DNA of 64,000 nt, taken from positions 1,096 to 65,095 of the forward strand of contig SHVR01000002.1 in the NCBI GenBank assembly GCA_009694185.1, given 5' to 3'. Within the stretch, counting starts at the first letter, position 1. Every line of letters starts with the position of its first letter. Made by a program: the position numbers and the translations under genes. Source of the DNA: Alphaproteobacteria bacterium (GTDB lineage Bacteria > Pseudomonadota > Alphaproteobacteria > SHVR01). The notes beneath the pieces were generated by a model. The model saw nothing but the letters and a program-made list of their open reading frames with translations. It did not search any database and was not told the origin of the DNA. Positions 37,271-46,795 of this stretch are shown piece by piece.

Positions 37271-38230
37271 TCAAGCGCGGCCGGCCCCGTAATAGAGCAT
37301 GACCGTGTGCTTGGCCTCGCCGAAGAACAGCCAGCGCTCGACCGCCACACCGAGTGCCGCCGACAGTGCCGCCAACACGGCGAGTGCCAGGCCCGCACCG
37401 CCTGCGCCCAGGGAATTGGCCCAAAGCACGCCGAGCGAGAGGGCAAAGGGCATGGCGAATCCGGCCAGTTCCGCGATTCGCCTGAGCTTGGCCGCATGCT
37501 TGCGAGCAAGCTGGAAGCCCATCTCCTTCAAGAGGTAATTCTCTTCCGTGTGGGGTGCATCGAGGAGGCGAACGGCGCCGATCCGGCCGAGGCCCGTGGC
37601 GCTTGCCGGCGTGCTGGCGGCCGATGTGGTGTCGATGAACCGCCAATAGCCCCGCTTGGCGGCCCAACCGGCCGCAACCGCCAAAATGGCAACGCCGATG
37701 GCGGACCCGCCTTGCAAGGCGAAAAGATGCAGCAGAATATTGAGCAGCAGCGCCCCGGTCATGAGGGCGAGCAGCAGATAGCCCGGCACGACCCAGGCAT
37801 TGCACCAGCGCTGCACGGGCTTGAGAGACGCGTAGATCATGCCCGTGCAATAGACGGTGGCTGCCGAAGCGACACTGGCGACGAGGCCGAACATCGCCCA
37901 GATGCCGTCGTTACGACCGAGGAACACCCAGCCGATCGCGAACAAGCCGGCCGGCACATAGGCCGCGAGTGCCATCACCCCCTCGCGCGAGAGCCACGAT
38001 GTCCGCCATTGCGAGAGGGCGCGCCAAGCGCGCTCGGGATGGCCGAGATGGGCGGTGGATGCCAATAGGCCGGCGCTCACAAGGCCAAGGGCAAGTGCCA
38101 ACGCCAGTAGGCCGAAACCGAACTCCGCCGGCAACAGACCGAAGGCCGCGAACAGGCCGAGCCACACTAGGAGGCCGTAACCGGCGCCGGTGAGAGTGGT
38201 GAAGATGATGACGGACGCGGCGGGGTGCAT
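37271..38230 (-). CDS. soeC: DmsC/NrfD-like membrane anchor subunit; SoeC-like (putative sulfite dehydrogenase, quinone)
   Basis: Track ORF 37271..38485 trimmed to ATG 38230, 7 nt after the FeS-subunit stop, giving 319 aa. The protein is highly hydrophobic with about 8 predicted TM stretches by eye. The Soe assignment comes from architecture (see findings), not from a search. Confidence 0.6.
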   Translation of the reverse strand: MHPAASVIIFTTLTGAGYGLLVWLGLFAAFGLLPAEFGFGLLALALALGLVSAGLLASTAHLGHPERAWRALSQWRTSWLSREGVMALAAYVPAGLFAIGWVFLGRNDGIWAMFGLVASVASAATVYCTGMIYASLKPVQRWCNAWVVPGYLLLALMTGALLLNILLHLFALQGGSAIGVAILAVAAGWAAKRGYWRFIDTTSAASTPASATGLGRIGAVRLLDAPHTEENYLLKEMGFQLARKHAAKLRRIAELAGFAMPFALSLGVLWANSLGAGGAGLALAVLAALSAALGVAVERWLFFGEAKHTVMLYYGAGRA

Positions 38231-38237
38231 CGGCCGC

Positions 38238-38972
38238 TCAGCGCGAGAGTGCCCGGTCGACCCAGCGCAGCAGCGCCGACGCCGTGTCGATAGCAGCCGG
38301 CGCCAGCGGCTTGGCCGGGGGCAATGCCGGCCGCGAGCGCGGCGGGAGATATTTGTTGACCGGCTTGTAGTCCAGCTCGGGCATGAGATCGTAGCCGCCG
38401 CGCTCCCTGACCAGACGCGAGACGGCGGAATTGGGATCGCCCAGATCGCCGAAATGCCGGGCGTTCGCGGGGCAAGTGGAGACACAGGCCGGCACCCGAT
38501 CGACCTCCGCCAGATTGGTGTTGTAGATGCGGTCGATGCAGAGCGTGCACTTCTTCATGGTGCCGCTGTCGTCGTCGAACTCGCGGGCACCATAAGGACA
38601 GGCCCAGGAACAGAGCTTGCAGCCGATGCAGGTCGCCTCGTTGACAAGGACGATGCCGTCCTCGGCGCGCTTGTAGGAGGCACCCGTCGGACAAACGGTG
38701 ACGCAGGCGGGCGTCTCGCAATGCAGGCACGAGCGCGGGAAATGCACGGTGCGGCCGGCCGCTCCCTCGCCCGCCTCGAAGCTGTGGATGCGATTGAACC
38801 AGACCCCGGCGGCATCGGCGCCATAGGGGGCGGTGTCGGTTAAGGGTGCCATATGACCGCCGCTGTTCCACTGCTTGCAATTGACGGCGCAGGCGTGACA
38901 GCCGACGCAGGTATCGAGGTCGATGACGAGGCCGAGTTTCTTACCCGAATTGGCCGCCGGCAACGCGGTCAT
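38238..38972 (-). CDS. soeB: 4Fe-4S dicluster subunit of a DMSO-reductase-family complex; SoeB-like
   Basis: 244-aa ORF with four Cys clusters (CVGCHACAVNC, CLHCETPACVTVCP, CIGCKLCSWACP, CTLC...CVSTCP). There is no twin-arginine signal. Its start forms an ATGA overlap with the catalytic-subunit stop. Confidence 0.65.
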   Translation of the reverse strand: MTALPAANSGKKLGLVIDLDTCVGCHACAVNCKQWNSGGHMAPLTDTAPYGADAAGVWFNRIHSFEAGEGAAGRTVHFPRSCLHCETPACVTVCPTGASYKRAEDGIVLVNEATCIGCKLCSWACPYGAREFDDDSGTMKKCTLCIDRIYNTNLAEVDRVPACVSTCPANARHFGDLGDPNSAVSRLVRERGGYDLMPELDYKPVNKYLPPRSRPALPPAKPLAPAAIDTASALLRWVDRALSR

Positions 38973-41860
38973 CGTCCCGCCTCACGGCGCCGGCGAAAGC
39001 TGGCACCATAGCGCAGCATCGCCGGCCGCTCGGCCACGCCCGGCACCAGCGCCAAGGTCGGCAGCGCCGGCTCGCTGGTCGCGTCGCCCGGCGCCACTTT
39101 TTCGAGACGCACGCGCAGATCGTACCAGGCGGCCTGGCCCGTAACCGGGTCGGCGTTCAACAGGCGGTCGCCCGCCGCATCGGCCGGCAACAGTTCGGAG
39201 ATCAGATGGTTCAAGAGGAACCCCTTGCGCGCTTCCGCCGCCTCCGGGTCCAGGTTCCAGGCGCCGCTGCGCTTGGCCACCGCGTTCCAGGTCCAGACCG
39301 TGTCGGCGTTGACACCCTCCATCAGCTTTACCTGCACCTTGATCCGGCCATGGTGGCTCGTCACTTCCGCCCAATCGTCGTCAGCAAGGCCGAGCTTGGC
39401 GCCGAGCTTGGCATTCACATAGAGGCGATTGTGGCCGTGGATCTGGCGGAGCCAGGCATTCTGCGAGCCCCAGGAATGGTACATGGCCATGGGCCGCTGG
39501 GTGATCGCGTGCAAGGGATAGCGGGCCTGGTCGATCCGGCTCTCCTCGAAGGGCGCGTACCAGAAGGGCAACGGGTCGAAATATGTCCGGATGTGCTGGC
39601 GCCGGTCGTCCGGGGGCTGCACGGGTCCATGGCCGTCGGCCGCCAGGCGGAACTTCTGCATGACCTCGCTATAGAGCTGCAAGACGATGGGCTTGGCGTC
39701 CGGAATGAAGCCCATGCCCACCGCCCAATCGAGATAGGACCGGTTGGCATGCTTGAAATAGCGTTGCTCGGGCGCCAGTTCATGCTTCCAGAAGCAGCCA
39801 TTGGCGACATAGCGCTGGAGCTGGTCGGGATTGGCTGCCCCCTTGCCATAAAGCGTGCCGTCCTTGCCGCGCCAGCCGGCAAGCGAGCCCACACCCGGCG
39901 TCCGCTCATGGCCCACCAGATAGTCGGCATAGCCAGCGGGAAACTTCGCGGTTCCATCGGCGTTGCTGAAGGCCGGCAGCCCGAGGCGATGCCCGAGCTC
40001 GATCAGCACGTCCTGAAAGGGGCGCACGTCGCGGTCGGGTGCGACCACGGGCTGGCGAATGGCGTCCCCCGGACCGTCGGCATTGGAGATCGGCCGGTCC
40101 AAGAGGGAGATGCAGTCCCAGCGCTCCAGATATGTCGTGTCGGGCAGCACCAGGTCGGCATAGGGCACCGTCTCGGAGAAGAAGGCGTCGCTGTAAATGA
40201 TGTGCGGGATCTTGTATTCGCCGGTGGCCGGGTCGCGGTCGGTCAGCATGGCGAGTGTCCCGGCCACATTCATGGCCGAGTTCCAGCCCATATTCGCCAT
40301 GTACATGAACAGCGTGTCGATCGGATAGGGATCGCCGGCATGGGCGTTGGCGATGACCATGTGCATGAGGCCGTGGGCGGCGATGGGTGCCTCCCAGGAA
40401 AACGCCTTGTCGATGCGCCGGGGCGTGCCGTCCGCCTCCACCAGCAAATCCTCGGGGCCGGTGACGAAACCGAGCGGCGGTCCGGCCATGGGCTTGCCCG
40501 CCTCGACCTGATGGGCGTGGCCGGCCGGCTTCGGCGCTGGCGGGATCGGCCGCGGGAAAGGCGGCTTGTAGCGGAACGAGCCGGGCACATCGATGGCGCC
40601 CAAGAGCATCTGCAAGAGATGCAGCGCCCGGCAGGTATGGAAGCCATTGGAGTGGGCGGAGATGCCGCGCATGGCGTGCACGCTGACCGGCCGGCCGATC
40701 ATCTGGTCGTGGCGGCGGCCGGCCCAGTCGACCCAGGCGACGTCGAGCACCACCGGCGTCTCGAATGCCACATGGGCGAGCTCGGCGGCGATACGCCGGA
40801 TCGCGTCCGCGGCAACACCCGTTGCCTCGGCCACCCGGTCGGGCGCGTAAGCGGGATCCAGATAACGCGCCGCCATGAGCTGGAAGGCCGGCACCGCCTT
40901 GCGGCCATCGGCGAGCTGGAATTCGCCAGCCAGCGCCGGCTGGACATTGGCGACGAGCGCGCTCGCGAGCCGGCCCGTCGCCTTGTCCCAGCAAAGCGGC
41001 TCGCCACTCCCGTCGCGCGCGAAGAGCCCGTCGTCGGCGGCACCCGGTGCCGCGATCACCAGCCAGGGCGCATTGGTGTAGCGCACCAGATAGTCGAGAT
41101 CGACGCGGTCGGCCTTGAGCAACTCATGCACCAGCGCCAGCACCAGAAGGCCGTCGGTGCCGGGGCGAATGGCAAGCCATTCGTCGGCGACGGCGGAATA
41201 GCCGGTGCGGACCGGGTTGACCGACACGAACTTGGCGCCCCGCGCCTTGAGCTTGGAGAGACCGGTCTTGATCGGGTTCGAGTCATGATCCTCGGCGACG
41301 CCGAACATGAGGAGATAGCGGGCATGTTCCCAGTCGGGCTCGCCGAATTCCCAGAACGAGCCGCCGATCGTATAGATGCCGCCCGCCGCCATGTTGACCG
41401 AACAGAATCCGCCATGGGCGGCGAAGTTGGGGGTGCCGAACTGGCTGGCCCAGAAGCCGGTGAGCGCCTGGCTCTGGTCGCGGCCGGTGAAGAAGGCGAG
41501 CCGGCGTGGGTCGCGGGCGCGGATTTCGGAGAGCCACTGGGTTGCGATGGCGAACGCTTCCGGCCACTCGATCTCCTGGAACTCGCCGCTGCCGCGCGGA
41601 CCGACGCGCTTCAGGGGCTTGGAGAGGCGGGCCGGCGAAAAATGCTGCATGATACCGGCGGAGCCCTTGGCGCAGAGCACACCCTTGTTCACCGGATGCG
41701 CCCGGTTGCCCTCGATATAGCGGATCTGCCCGTCCTTCAAATGCACCTTGATGCCGCAGCGGCAGGCGCACATGTAGCAGGTGGTTGTCTTCACCTCGTC
41801 GGAGATATGGGGCGAGGTGTCCACGGCCTCGGGCGGTCCGGCAAGAAAATCAAACGCCAT
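38969..41860 (-). CDS. soeA: Molybdopterin (bis-MGD) oxidoreductase catalytic subunit without Tat signal; SoeA-like
   Basis: 963-aa ORF. The N-terminus MAFDFLAGPPEAV...TTCYMCACRCGIKVHL...VLCAKG carries the MopB 4Fe-4S Cys motif. No RR-type signal peptide precedes it, so a cytoplasmic orientation is inferred. Confidence 0.65.
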   Translation of the reverse strand: MAFDFLAGPPEAVDTSPHISDEVKTTTCYMCACRCGIKVHLKDGQIRYIEGNRAHPVNKGVLCAKGSAGIMQHFSPARLSKPLKRVGPRGSGEFQEIEWPEAFAIATQWLSEIRARDPRRLAFFTGRDQSQALTGFWASQFGTPNFAAHGGFCSVNMAAGGIYTIGGSFWEFGEPDWEHARYLLMFGVAEDHDSNPIKTGLSKLKARGAKFVSVNPVRTGYSAVADEWLAIRPGTDGLLVLALVHELLKADRVDLDYLVRYTNAPWLVIAAPGAADDGLFARDGSGEPLCWDKATGRLASALVANVQPALAGEFQLADGRKAVPAFQLMAARYLDPAYAPDRVAEATGVAADAIRRIAAELAHVAFETPVVLDVAWVDWAGRRHDQMIGRPVSVHAMRGISAHSNGFHTCRALHLLQMLLGAIDVPGSFRYKPPFPRPIPPAPKPAGHAHQVEAGKPMAGPPLGFVTGPEDLLVEADGTPRRIDKAFSWEAPIAAHGLMHMVIANAHAGDPYPIDTLFMYMANMGWNSAMNVAGTLAMLTDRDPATGEYKIPHIIYSDAFFSETVPYADLVLPDTTYLERWDCISLLDRPISNADGPGDAIRQPVVAPDRDVRPFQDVLIELGHRLGLPAFSNADGTAKFPAGYADYLVGHERTPGVGSLAGWRGKDGTLYGKGAANPDQLQRYVANGCFWKHELAPEQRYFKHANRSYLDWAVGMGFIPDAKPIVLQLYSEVMQKFRLAADGHGPVQPPDDRRQHIRTYFDPLPFWYAPFEESRIDQARYPLHAITQRPMAMYHSWGSQNAWLRQIHGHNRLYVNAKLGAKLGLADDDWAEVTSHHGRIKVQVKLMEGVNADTVWTWNAVAKRSGAWNLDPEAAEARKGFLLNHLISELLPADAAGDRLLNADPVTGQAAWYDLRVRLEKVAPGDATSEPALPTLALVPGVAERPAMLRYGASFRRRREAGR

Positions 41861-41880
41861 GATTTACTTCTTTTCCATGT

Positions 41881-42387
41881 TCAGGCGAGAAAGTCGAGGG
41901 CTTCGTCGGAGAGATTGCCCGGCACCACCACCAGCGGCACGCGCAGCCGGCCGATATACTTGCCGGCCAATGCCGTGACCAGGGGCCCCGGACCCTGGGG
42001 CCCCGTGTTGGCGGCGAGAATCAAGATCGAGATGCTGTGGTCCTCGTTGATCAGCTTGATCAGCTCATCGCTCGAAGAGCCCTCGCGGATATAGAGGACC
42101 GGCACTTGGCCGCTCCAGCGCTGGGCCTGGGCCGCGGCGCGCTGCAGATGCCGCTCGGCCTCGTTGCGCGCTTCCTCGCGCATGAGGTCGCCGACCGTCC
42201 CCCAATGCTGGAACTCCGCCGCCTGATTGATGACGTAGAGGAGTGCCACCCGGCTGTTATGCCGCTTGGCGCGCAGCGCCGCGAATTCGATGGCAACGCC
42301 GAGCTCTTCGGTCTCGTCGACGACACAGAGCAGAACGCGCTTGCGTCCGCCCGCCGTGCCGGTGTTCGCGCCCGCTTCCTCGCTCAT
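41881..42387 (-). CDS. Universal stress protein (UspA family)
   Basis: Track ORF 41881..42741 trimmed to ATG 42387 (MSEEAGANTGTAGGRKRVLLCVVDETEELG...), giving 168 aa. The C-terminus is G...VPLVVVPG. Its stop is 20 nt before the soeA-like start. Confidence 0.8.
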   Translation of the reverse strand: MSEEAGANTGTAGGRKRVLLCVVDETEELGVAIEFAALRAKRHNSRVALLYVINQAAEFQHWGTVGDLMREEARNEAERHLQRAAAQAQRWSGQVPVLYIREGSSSDELIKLINEDHSISILILAANTGPQGPGPLVTALAGKYIGRLRVPLVVVPGNLSDEALDFLA

Positions 42388-42412
42388 GCCGCGACCCCTC
42401 AACAGAATCTCG

Positions 42413-43165
42413 TCAAACTTTCCGGAAGACGACGCCCGCCAACCATCCTGCCACCGCGGCGACGGCGATGGCAATCGCCCCATAGGCGGCGGCGTACCGG
42501 TGGGCGAAGTCATAGACCTCGGCGCCGAGTCCATCCTTGCCGACGAGCAGCGGCGTGGCCGTCGTGCTGACAATGCGGCCTTCGCGCAACTGGAAGACCT
42601 GGACATTGTAGGTGCCGGTCGGCACGTTCGCCGGCAGGCGAACGGTCGTGCGGAACAGGCGATCGCCGAGGAATCGCACATGGCCGAGTGCGGTGTGGTA
42701 GAGCTTGGCTTGTTCCTTGTTGCGGATGAAGGCCGCGCCATAGTCGGCGACCTTGTCGGGGCCGGCCGCGGGGTCGGTGGGCTCGAAGCGGAAGTTCTGG
42801 ACGCCGATCATCTCGCTCGCCAGCACGTCGGGCTGGGCCACGGCCTGCAACGAGCGGTTGGCGGCCACATGGTAGAAGCTTGGCATGCGGGGAAACACCA
42901 CCCGCTCCGCATTGACCCAAATGCCGGCGATACGCAACTTGCGACGCACCACCGCCGTTTCCTCGGGGCCGCGCACGACGACGATGACATCGCTCTCGCC
43001 ATCGGTCGCGCCGAACAGCAGCACCTCGGCGCCGGTGAAGCCGGCGGTGATGCGCACCAGATGGCTCGAAAGATCGGCAACCAGCGTCGTGGCGCGAGCG
43101 GGCGATGCCGTCCAAGCGATGGCGAGGACGACCGCCAGAGCGAATGACCGGCGCCTTGGTCTCAA
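42413..43165 (-). CDS. Secreted/membrane-anchored conserved hypothetical protein (Alph_Pro_TM / TIGR02186-type, recalled from memory)
   Basis: 250-aa ORF with a TTG start forming a TTGA overlap with the TauE stop. It has a signal peptide (MRPRRRSFALAVVLAIAWTASPARA) and a C-terminal TM helix (YGAIAIAVAAVAGWLAGVVF). I recall the pairing with TauE/SafE as typical of this family. This was not verified here. Confidence 0.55.
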   Translation of the reverse strand: MRPRRRSFALAVVLAIAWTASPARATTLVADLSSHLVRITAGFTGAEVLLFGATDGESDVIVVVRGPEETAVVRRKLRIAGIWVNAERVVFPRMPSFYHVAANRSLQAVAQPDVLASEMIGVQNFRFEPTDPAAGPDKVADYGAAFIRNKEQAKLYHTALGHVRFLGDRLFRTTVRLPANVPTGTYNVQVFQLREGRIVSTTATPLLVGKDGLGAEVYDFAHRYAAAYGAIAIAVAAVAGWLAGVVFRKV

Positions 43166-44088
43166 TGCTCGAGACCCGGCTGGAGCGAATAGAGATCGCC
43201 CGGCGTTATCACCAGGTCGACCAGCATCTTCACGCCGACGGCCAGCACCATCGCCGCCAGCAGCACGCGGAACTGCTCGCTCGGCACCCGGCTGCTGAGG
43301 CGCGTGCCGATCTGCACGCCAACCACGGCGCCGACCACCAGCAGCATGGCGAGGAAAAGGTCCACGGTCTGGTTGTTCATGGCCTGCAGGAACGTCGTAT
43401 TGGCACTGACGAACAGGATCTGAAAGAGCGAGGTGCCGGCGACGATCGAGGTCGGCATGCCGAGCAAGTAGATCATGGCCGGCACCATGATGAAGCCGCC
43501 GCCCACCCCCATGATCGCCGCCAGGATGCCGACGCCAAAGCCGATGGCGAGCGGCAGCAAGGCGCTGACGTAGAGACGCGATTTCTGGAACCGCATCTTG
43601 AAGGGCAGGCCGTGCAGCCAGATATGGGTGTGCAGCTTGCCGCGGCGCGCCGAGCCCGTGCGCCGCTGGCGCAGCAGCGCCCGCACGCTCTCGATGAACA
43701 TCAGGCCGCCGATAGTGCCGAGGAAGACCACATAGCAGAGGTTGATGACCAGGTCGACTTGGCCCGCGGCGCGCAAGATGCCGAGCAGGCCGACGCCGAT
43801 CCCCGATCCGGCGACGCCGCCGATCAACAGCACCAGGCCCATCTTGACGTCGAGCGTGCCACGCCGCCAGTGCCCCAGCACGCCCATAACCGAGGAGGCG
43901 ATCAGATGATTGGCCTCGCTCGCCACGGCCACACTCGGCGGGATGCCCATGAAGATCAGGATCGGCGTCATGAGAAACCCGCCGCCCACGCCAAACAGCC
44001 CCGAGAGCACGCCGACAGCCGCCCCCATCGCCAACAACAGGACGACATCGACGGAGATTTCGGCGATCGGCAAATAGATCTGCATCAT
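43162..44088 (-). CDS. TauE/SafE family sulfite/anion exporter-like membrane protein
   Basis: Track ORF 43162..44262 trimmed to ATG-ATG at 44088 (MMQIYLPIAEISVDVVLLLAMGAAVGVLSGLFGVGGGFLMTP), giving 308 aa. The duplicated G-rich TM motif (GVGGGF) is typical of the TauE/SafE (DUF81) family. Confidence 0.8.
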   Translation of the reverse strand: MMQIYLPIAEISVDVVLLLAMGAAVGVLSGLFGVGGGFLMTPILIFMGIPPSVAVASEANHLIASSVMGVLGHWRRGTLDVKMGLVLLIGGVAGSGIGVGLLGILRAAGQVDLVINLCYVVFLGTIGGLMFIESVRALLRQRRTGSARRGKLHTHIWLHGLPFKMRFQKSRLYVSALLPLAIGFGVGILAAIMGVGGGFIMVPAMIYLLGMPTSIVAGTSLFQILFVSANTTFLQAMNNQTVDLFLAMLLVVGAVVGVQIGTRLSSRVPSEQFRVLLAAMVLAVGVKMLVDLVITPGDLYSLQPGLEH

Positions 44089-44182
44089 GTGACCGGCAGT
44101 TGACCTCGGGTCGCGCGAGCCACCCGAACGGCGGCCCACAGCTTTGCAGCCGCCGGGCACGGCGCGCAAGCGAAAGCCGCGT

Positions 44183-45181
44183 TCATGGCCGCAGCAGGCC
44201 GACGATGCCGCGCACCTCATCGAGATGGACCCCGGCGATGGCGCCGGCGCGCTCGGCGCCACGCCTGAGGATGGCGTCGATATAGCCGAGCTCGCTGGTC
44301 AGCCGCCGCATCTCGGCGCCAATCGGGCCGAGCACCGCCACCGCCAGATCGACCAGTGCCCCCTTGAAGTCCGAAAAGAGGGCACCCTGGAACCGGCGGC
44401 AGGCATCGGCCTCGTTCATGCCGGCGAGCGCGGCGTAGATGCCGATCAAATTCTCCGCCTCCGGCCGCCCGGCCAAGCCCTCTGGGGTATCGGGTAGGGG
44501 GTGGGGATCGGTCTTGGCGCGGCGGATCTTGGTGGCGATGGCGTCGGCATCGTCGGTCAGGTTGATGCGCGACTGCTCGGAGGGGTCCGACTTGCTCATC
44601 TTCCTGGTGCCGTCGCGCAAGCTCATGACTCGCGCCGCGACCCCCAGGATTTGCGGCTCCGGCAAGGGAAAATAGTCGTGCCCATAGTGCCGGTTGAAGG
44701 CGCCGGCGATGTCGCGGGCCAACTCCAGATGCTGCTTCTGGTCTTCGCCGACCGGCACATGAGTAGCCTTATAGAGTAGGATGTCGGCCGCCATCAGCAC
44801 CGGGTAGGCGAACAGACCGAGGACCGCGTTATCGCGCTGCTTGCCGGCCTTCTCCTTGAACTGGGTCATGCGGTTCAGCCAGCCGAGCGGCGCGTGACAG
44901 CCCAGAATCCAGCTGAGTTCGGCATGTCCCGGAACCGCGCTCTGGTTGAAGATGATGCAGCGCTCCGGGTCGATGCCGGCCGCGATGTAGGCGGCGGTCA
45001 CCTCGCGGGTGCTGGCGAGCAGTTCGGCCGGGACCTGCGGCTGGGTCAAGGCGTGCAGATCGACGATGCAGAAGATGCAATCATAGTCGCGCTGCATCGC
45101 CACCCAGTTGCGGATGGCGCCCAGATAGTTGCCGAGATGCAGGTTTCCGGTCGGCTGGATGCCGGAGAAGATGCGGTTCAT
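44183..45181 (-). CDS. trpS: Tryptophan-tRNA ligase
   Basis: 332-aa ORF with class I motifs [15 protein letters not shown] (HIGH-type) and KMSKSD. Confidence 0.95.
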   Translation of the reverse strand: MNRIFSGIQPTGNLHLGNYLGAIRNWVAMQRDYDCIFCIVDLHALTQPQVPAELLASTREVTAAYIAAGIDPERCIIFNQSAVPGHAELSWILGCHAPLGWLNRMTQFKEKAGKQRDNAVLGLFAYPVLMAADILLYKATHVPVGEDQKQHLELARDIAGAFNRHYGHDYFPLPEPQILGVAARVMSLRDGTRKMSKSDPSEQSRINLTDDADAIATKIRRAKTDPHPLPDTPEGLAGRPEAENLIGIYAALAGMNEADACRRFQGALFSDFKGALVDLAVAVLGPIGAEMRRLTSELGYIDAILRRGAERAGAIAGVHLDEVRGIVGLLRP

Positions 45182-45226
45182 GACGCTCTCTGGGCTGGCT
45201 CTGGGCTGGCGGATGCCGGCTCACTA

Positions 45227-46771
45227 CTAACGACGCCGCAACAAACGGGCAAGTTCGCCAAACCTGGCCGCGCCAAAAACATGCGCCAGGAACGCGAAGG
45301 CGCCGAGCGCGGCGAGCACGATCAGGGCCAGCGTGGCCGCCCGCGTGAGCTCGCCCTCGGCGAGCAGCGGCCGGGCCAGGCGTTCGGCCGCCACCAGCAT
45401 GAGCGCCATGGCGAGGCTGGCGGCTGCCACGCGCGGCAGGCGGCGGCGCAGGCGATCGTCGACCCGAACGCCATGATCGCGCCACAAGCGGAAATAGAGC
45501 AGGCCCGCGTTCAGCCAGGCCGCGAGCGAGGTTGCCAGCGCCAAGCCCACATGGGCGAGCGGCCAGGCGAGGGCCAGGCTCAAGGCCAGGTTGGCGGCGA
45601 CCGCGAGCATGCCGATGCGCATCGGTGTCGCCGTGTCGGCGCGCGCGAAGAAGCCCGGTGACAACACCCTGACCAGCACGAAGGCCGGCAAGCCGATCGC
45701 ATAGGCAGCCAGCGCGTCGGAGGTCGCAACCACGCTCGCCGCCTGAAAGGCGCCCCGGCCGAACAGCACGGCGATGATCGGCTCCGGGATCGCCAGTAGC
45801 GCCAGGGCGGCGGGCAGGCTGACCAGGAGGGCGAGCTCGACCGCCCGGTTCTGGCTCGTCCGCGCGGCCTCGGTCTCGCCCTGTTGCAGTTCCCGGGCGA
45901 GCTGGGGCAACAGCGCCGTGCCAACCGCGATACCGACGACACCGAGCGGTAGCTGATAGATGCGATCGGCATAATAGAGATAGGAGACGGCCCCGGTCGG
46001 CAGCAGCGAGGCAATCATCGTGCCGACCAAAAGGTTGATTTGGATAACGCCAGCGCCAAAAATACCGGGTAGAACGCGCGCCCAAAGCCGCCGCACTTCC
46101 AGCGAGAGGCGCGGCCGGGTGAGGCGAAGCGGCATGCCGGCGCGCGCGCACGCCAGTGCCAGCAGCACGCACTGGCCGATGCCACCCACGGTCACGGCGA
46201 GCGCCAGCACATGGCCCGGTGTCGCCGCCGCGTGGCGAAACCAGACGAGCGCCACGATCATGGCGATGTTCAGGGCGATCGGCGCGGCGGCGGCGGCGGC
46301 GAAGCGGTAGAGCGTGTTGAGGATGCCGCCAAAGACGGCCGTCAGCGTGACCAGCAGCAGGTAGGGAAAGGTCAAGCGGGCGAACTGGACGGCGAGATCG
46401 AAGCGTTCCGGCTCATCGGCGAAGCCCGGCGCCAGCACCAAGATGAGCGCCGGCATGGCGAGCTCCGCCGCCAGCGTCAGAAGCACCAGGACGCCGAGCA
46501 GGAGCGCCAGCGTCTCTTCGGCAAAGGCCCTCGCCGCCGCCTCGCCGCGGCGTTCGAGAATGCCGGCGTAATGCGGAATGAAGGCCGCGCCGAACGCCCC
46601 TTCGGCGATCAACCGGCGAAACAGGTTGGGCAGGCGGAAGGCCACGAAAAACGCGTCCGCCACCGGCCCGGCGCCGAGGACCGTCGCGATCAGCAGGTCG
46701 CGCGCGAAACCCAGCACGCGGCTCGCCATGGTATAGGCGCCGACCGTGAAGATCGAATGGAGCAGGCGCAT
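45227..46771 (-). CDS. murJ: Lipid II flippase MurJ (MviN)
   Basis: 514-aa polytopic ORF with N-terminus TMASRVLGFARDLLIATVLGAGPVADAFFVAFRLPNLFRRL. It sits between glnD and trpS. Confidence 0.9.
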   Translation of the reverse strand: MRLLHSIFTVGAYTMASRVLGFARDLLIATVLGAGPVADAFFVAFRLPNLFRRLIAEGAFGAAFIPHYAGILERRGEAAARAFAEETLALLLGVLVLLTLAAELAMPALILVLAPGFADEPERFDLAVQFARLTFPYLLLVTLTAVFGGILNTLYRFAAAAAAPIALNIAMIVALVWFRHAAATPGHVLALAVTVGGIGQCVLLALACARAGMPLRLTRPRLSLEVRRLWARVLPGIFGAGVIQINLLVGTMIASLLPTGAVSYLYYADRIYQLPLGVVGIAVGTALLPQLARELQQGETEAARTSQNRAVELALLVSLPAALALLAIPEPIIAVLFGRGAFQAASVVATSDALAAYAIGLPAFVLVRVLSPGFFARADTATPMRIGMLAVAANLALSLALAWPLAHVGLALATSLAAWLNAGLLYFRLWRDHGVRVDDRLRRRLPRVAAASLAMALMLVAAERLARPLLAEGELTRAATLALIVLAALGAFAFLAHVFGAARFGELARLLRRR

Positions 46772-46795
46772 GGATTGGAAATGTCCCCGGCCGCG

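Noticed and set aside
44089-44182. Possible trpS terminator (cggcggc ... gccgccg stem at about 44130..44156).
   Set aside because: It is a 7-bp stem with a 13-nt loop and only a weak UUCGGG tail, which is not convincing as an intrinsic terminator.
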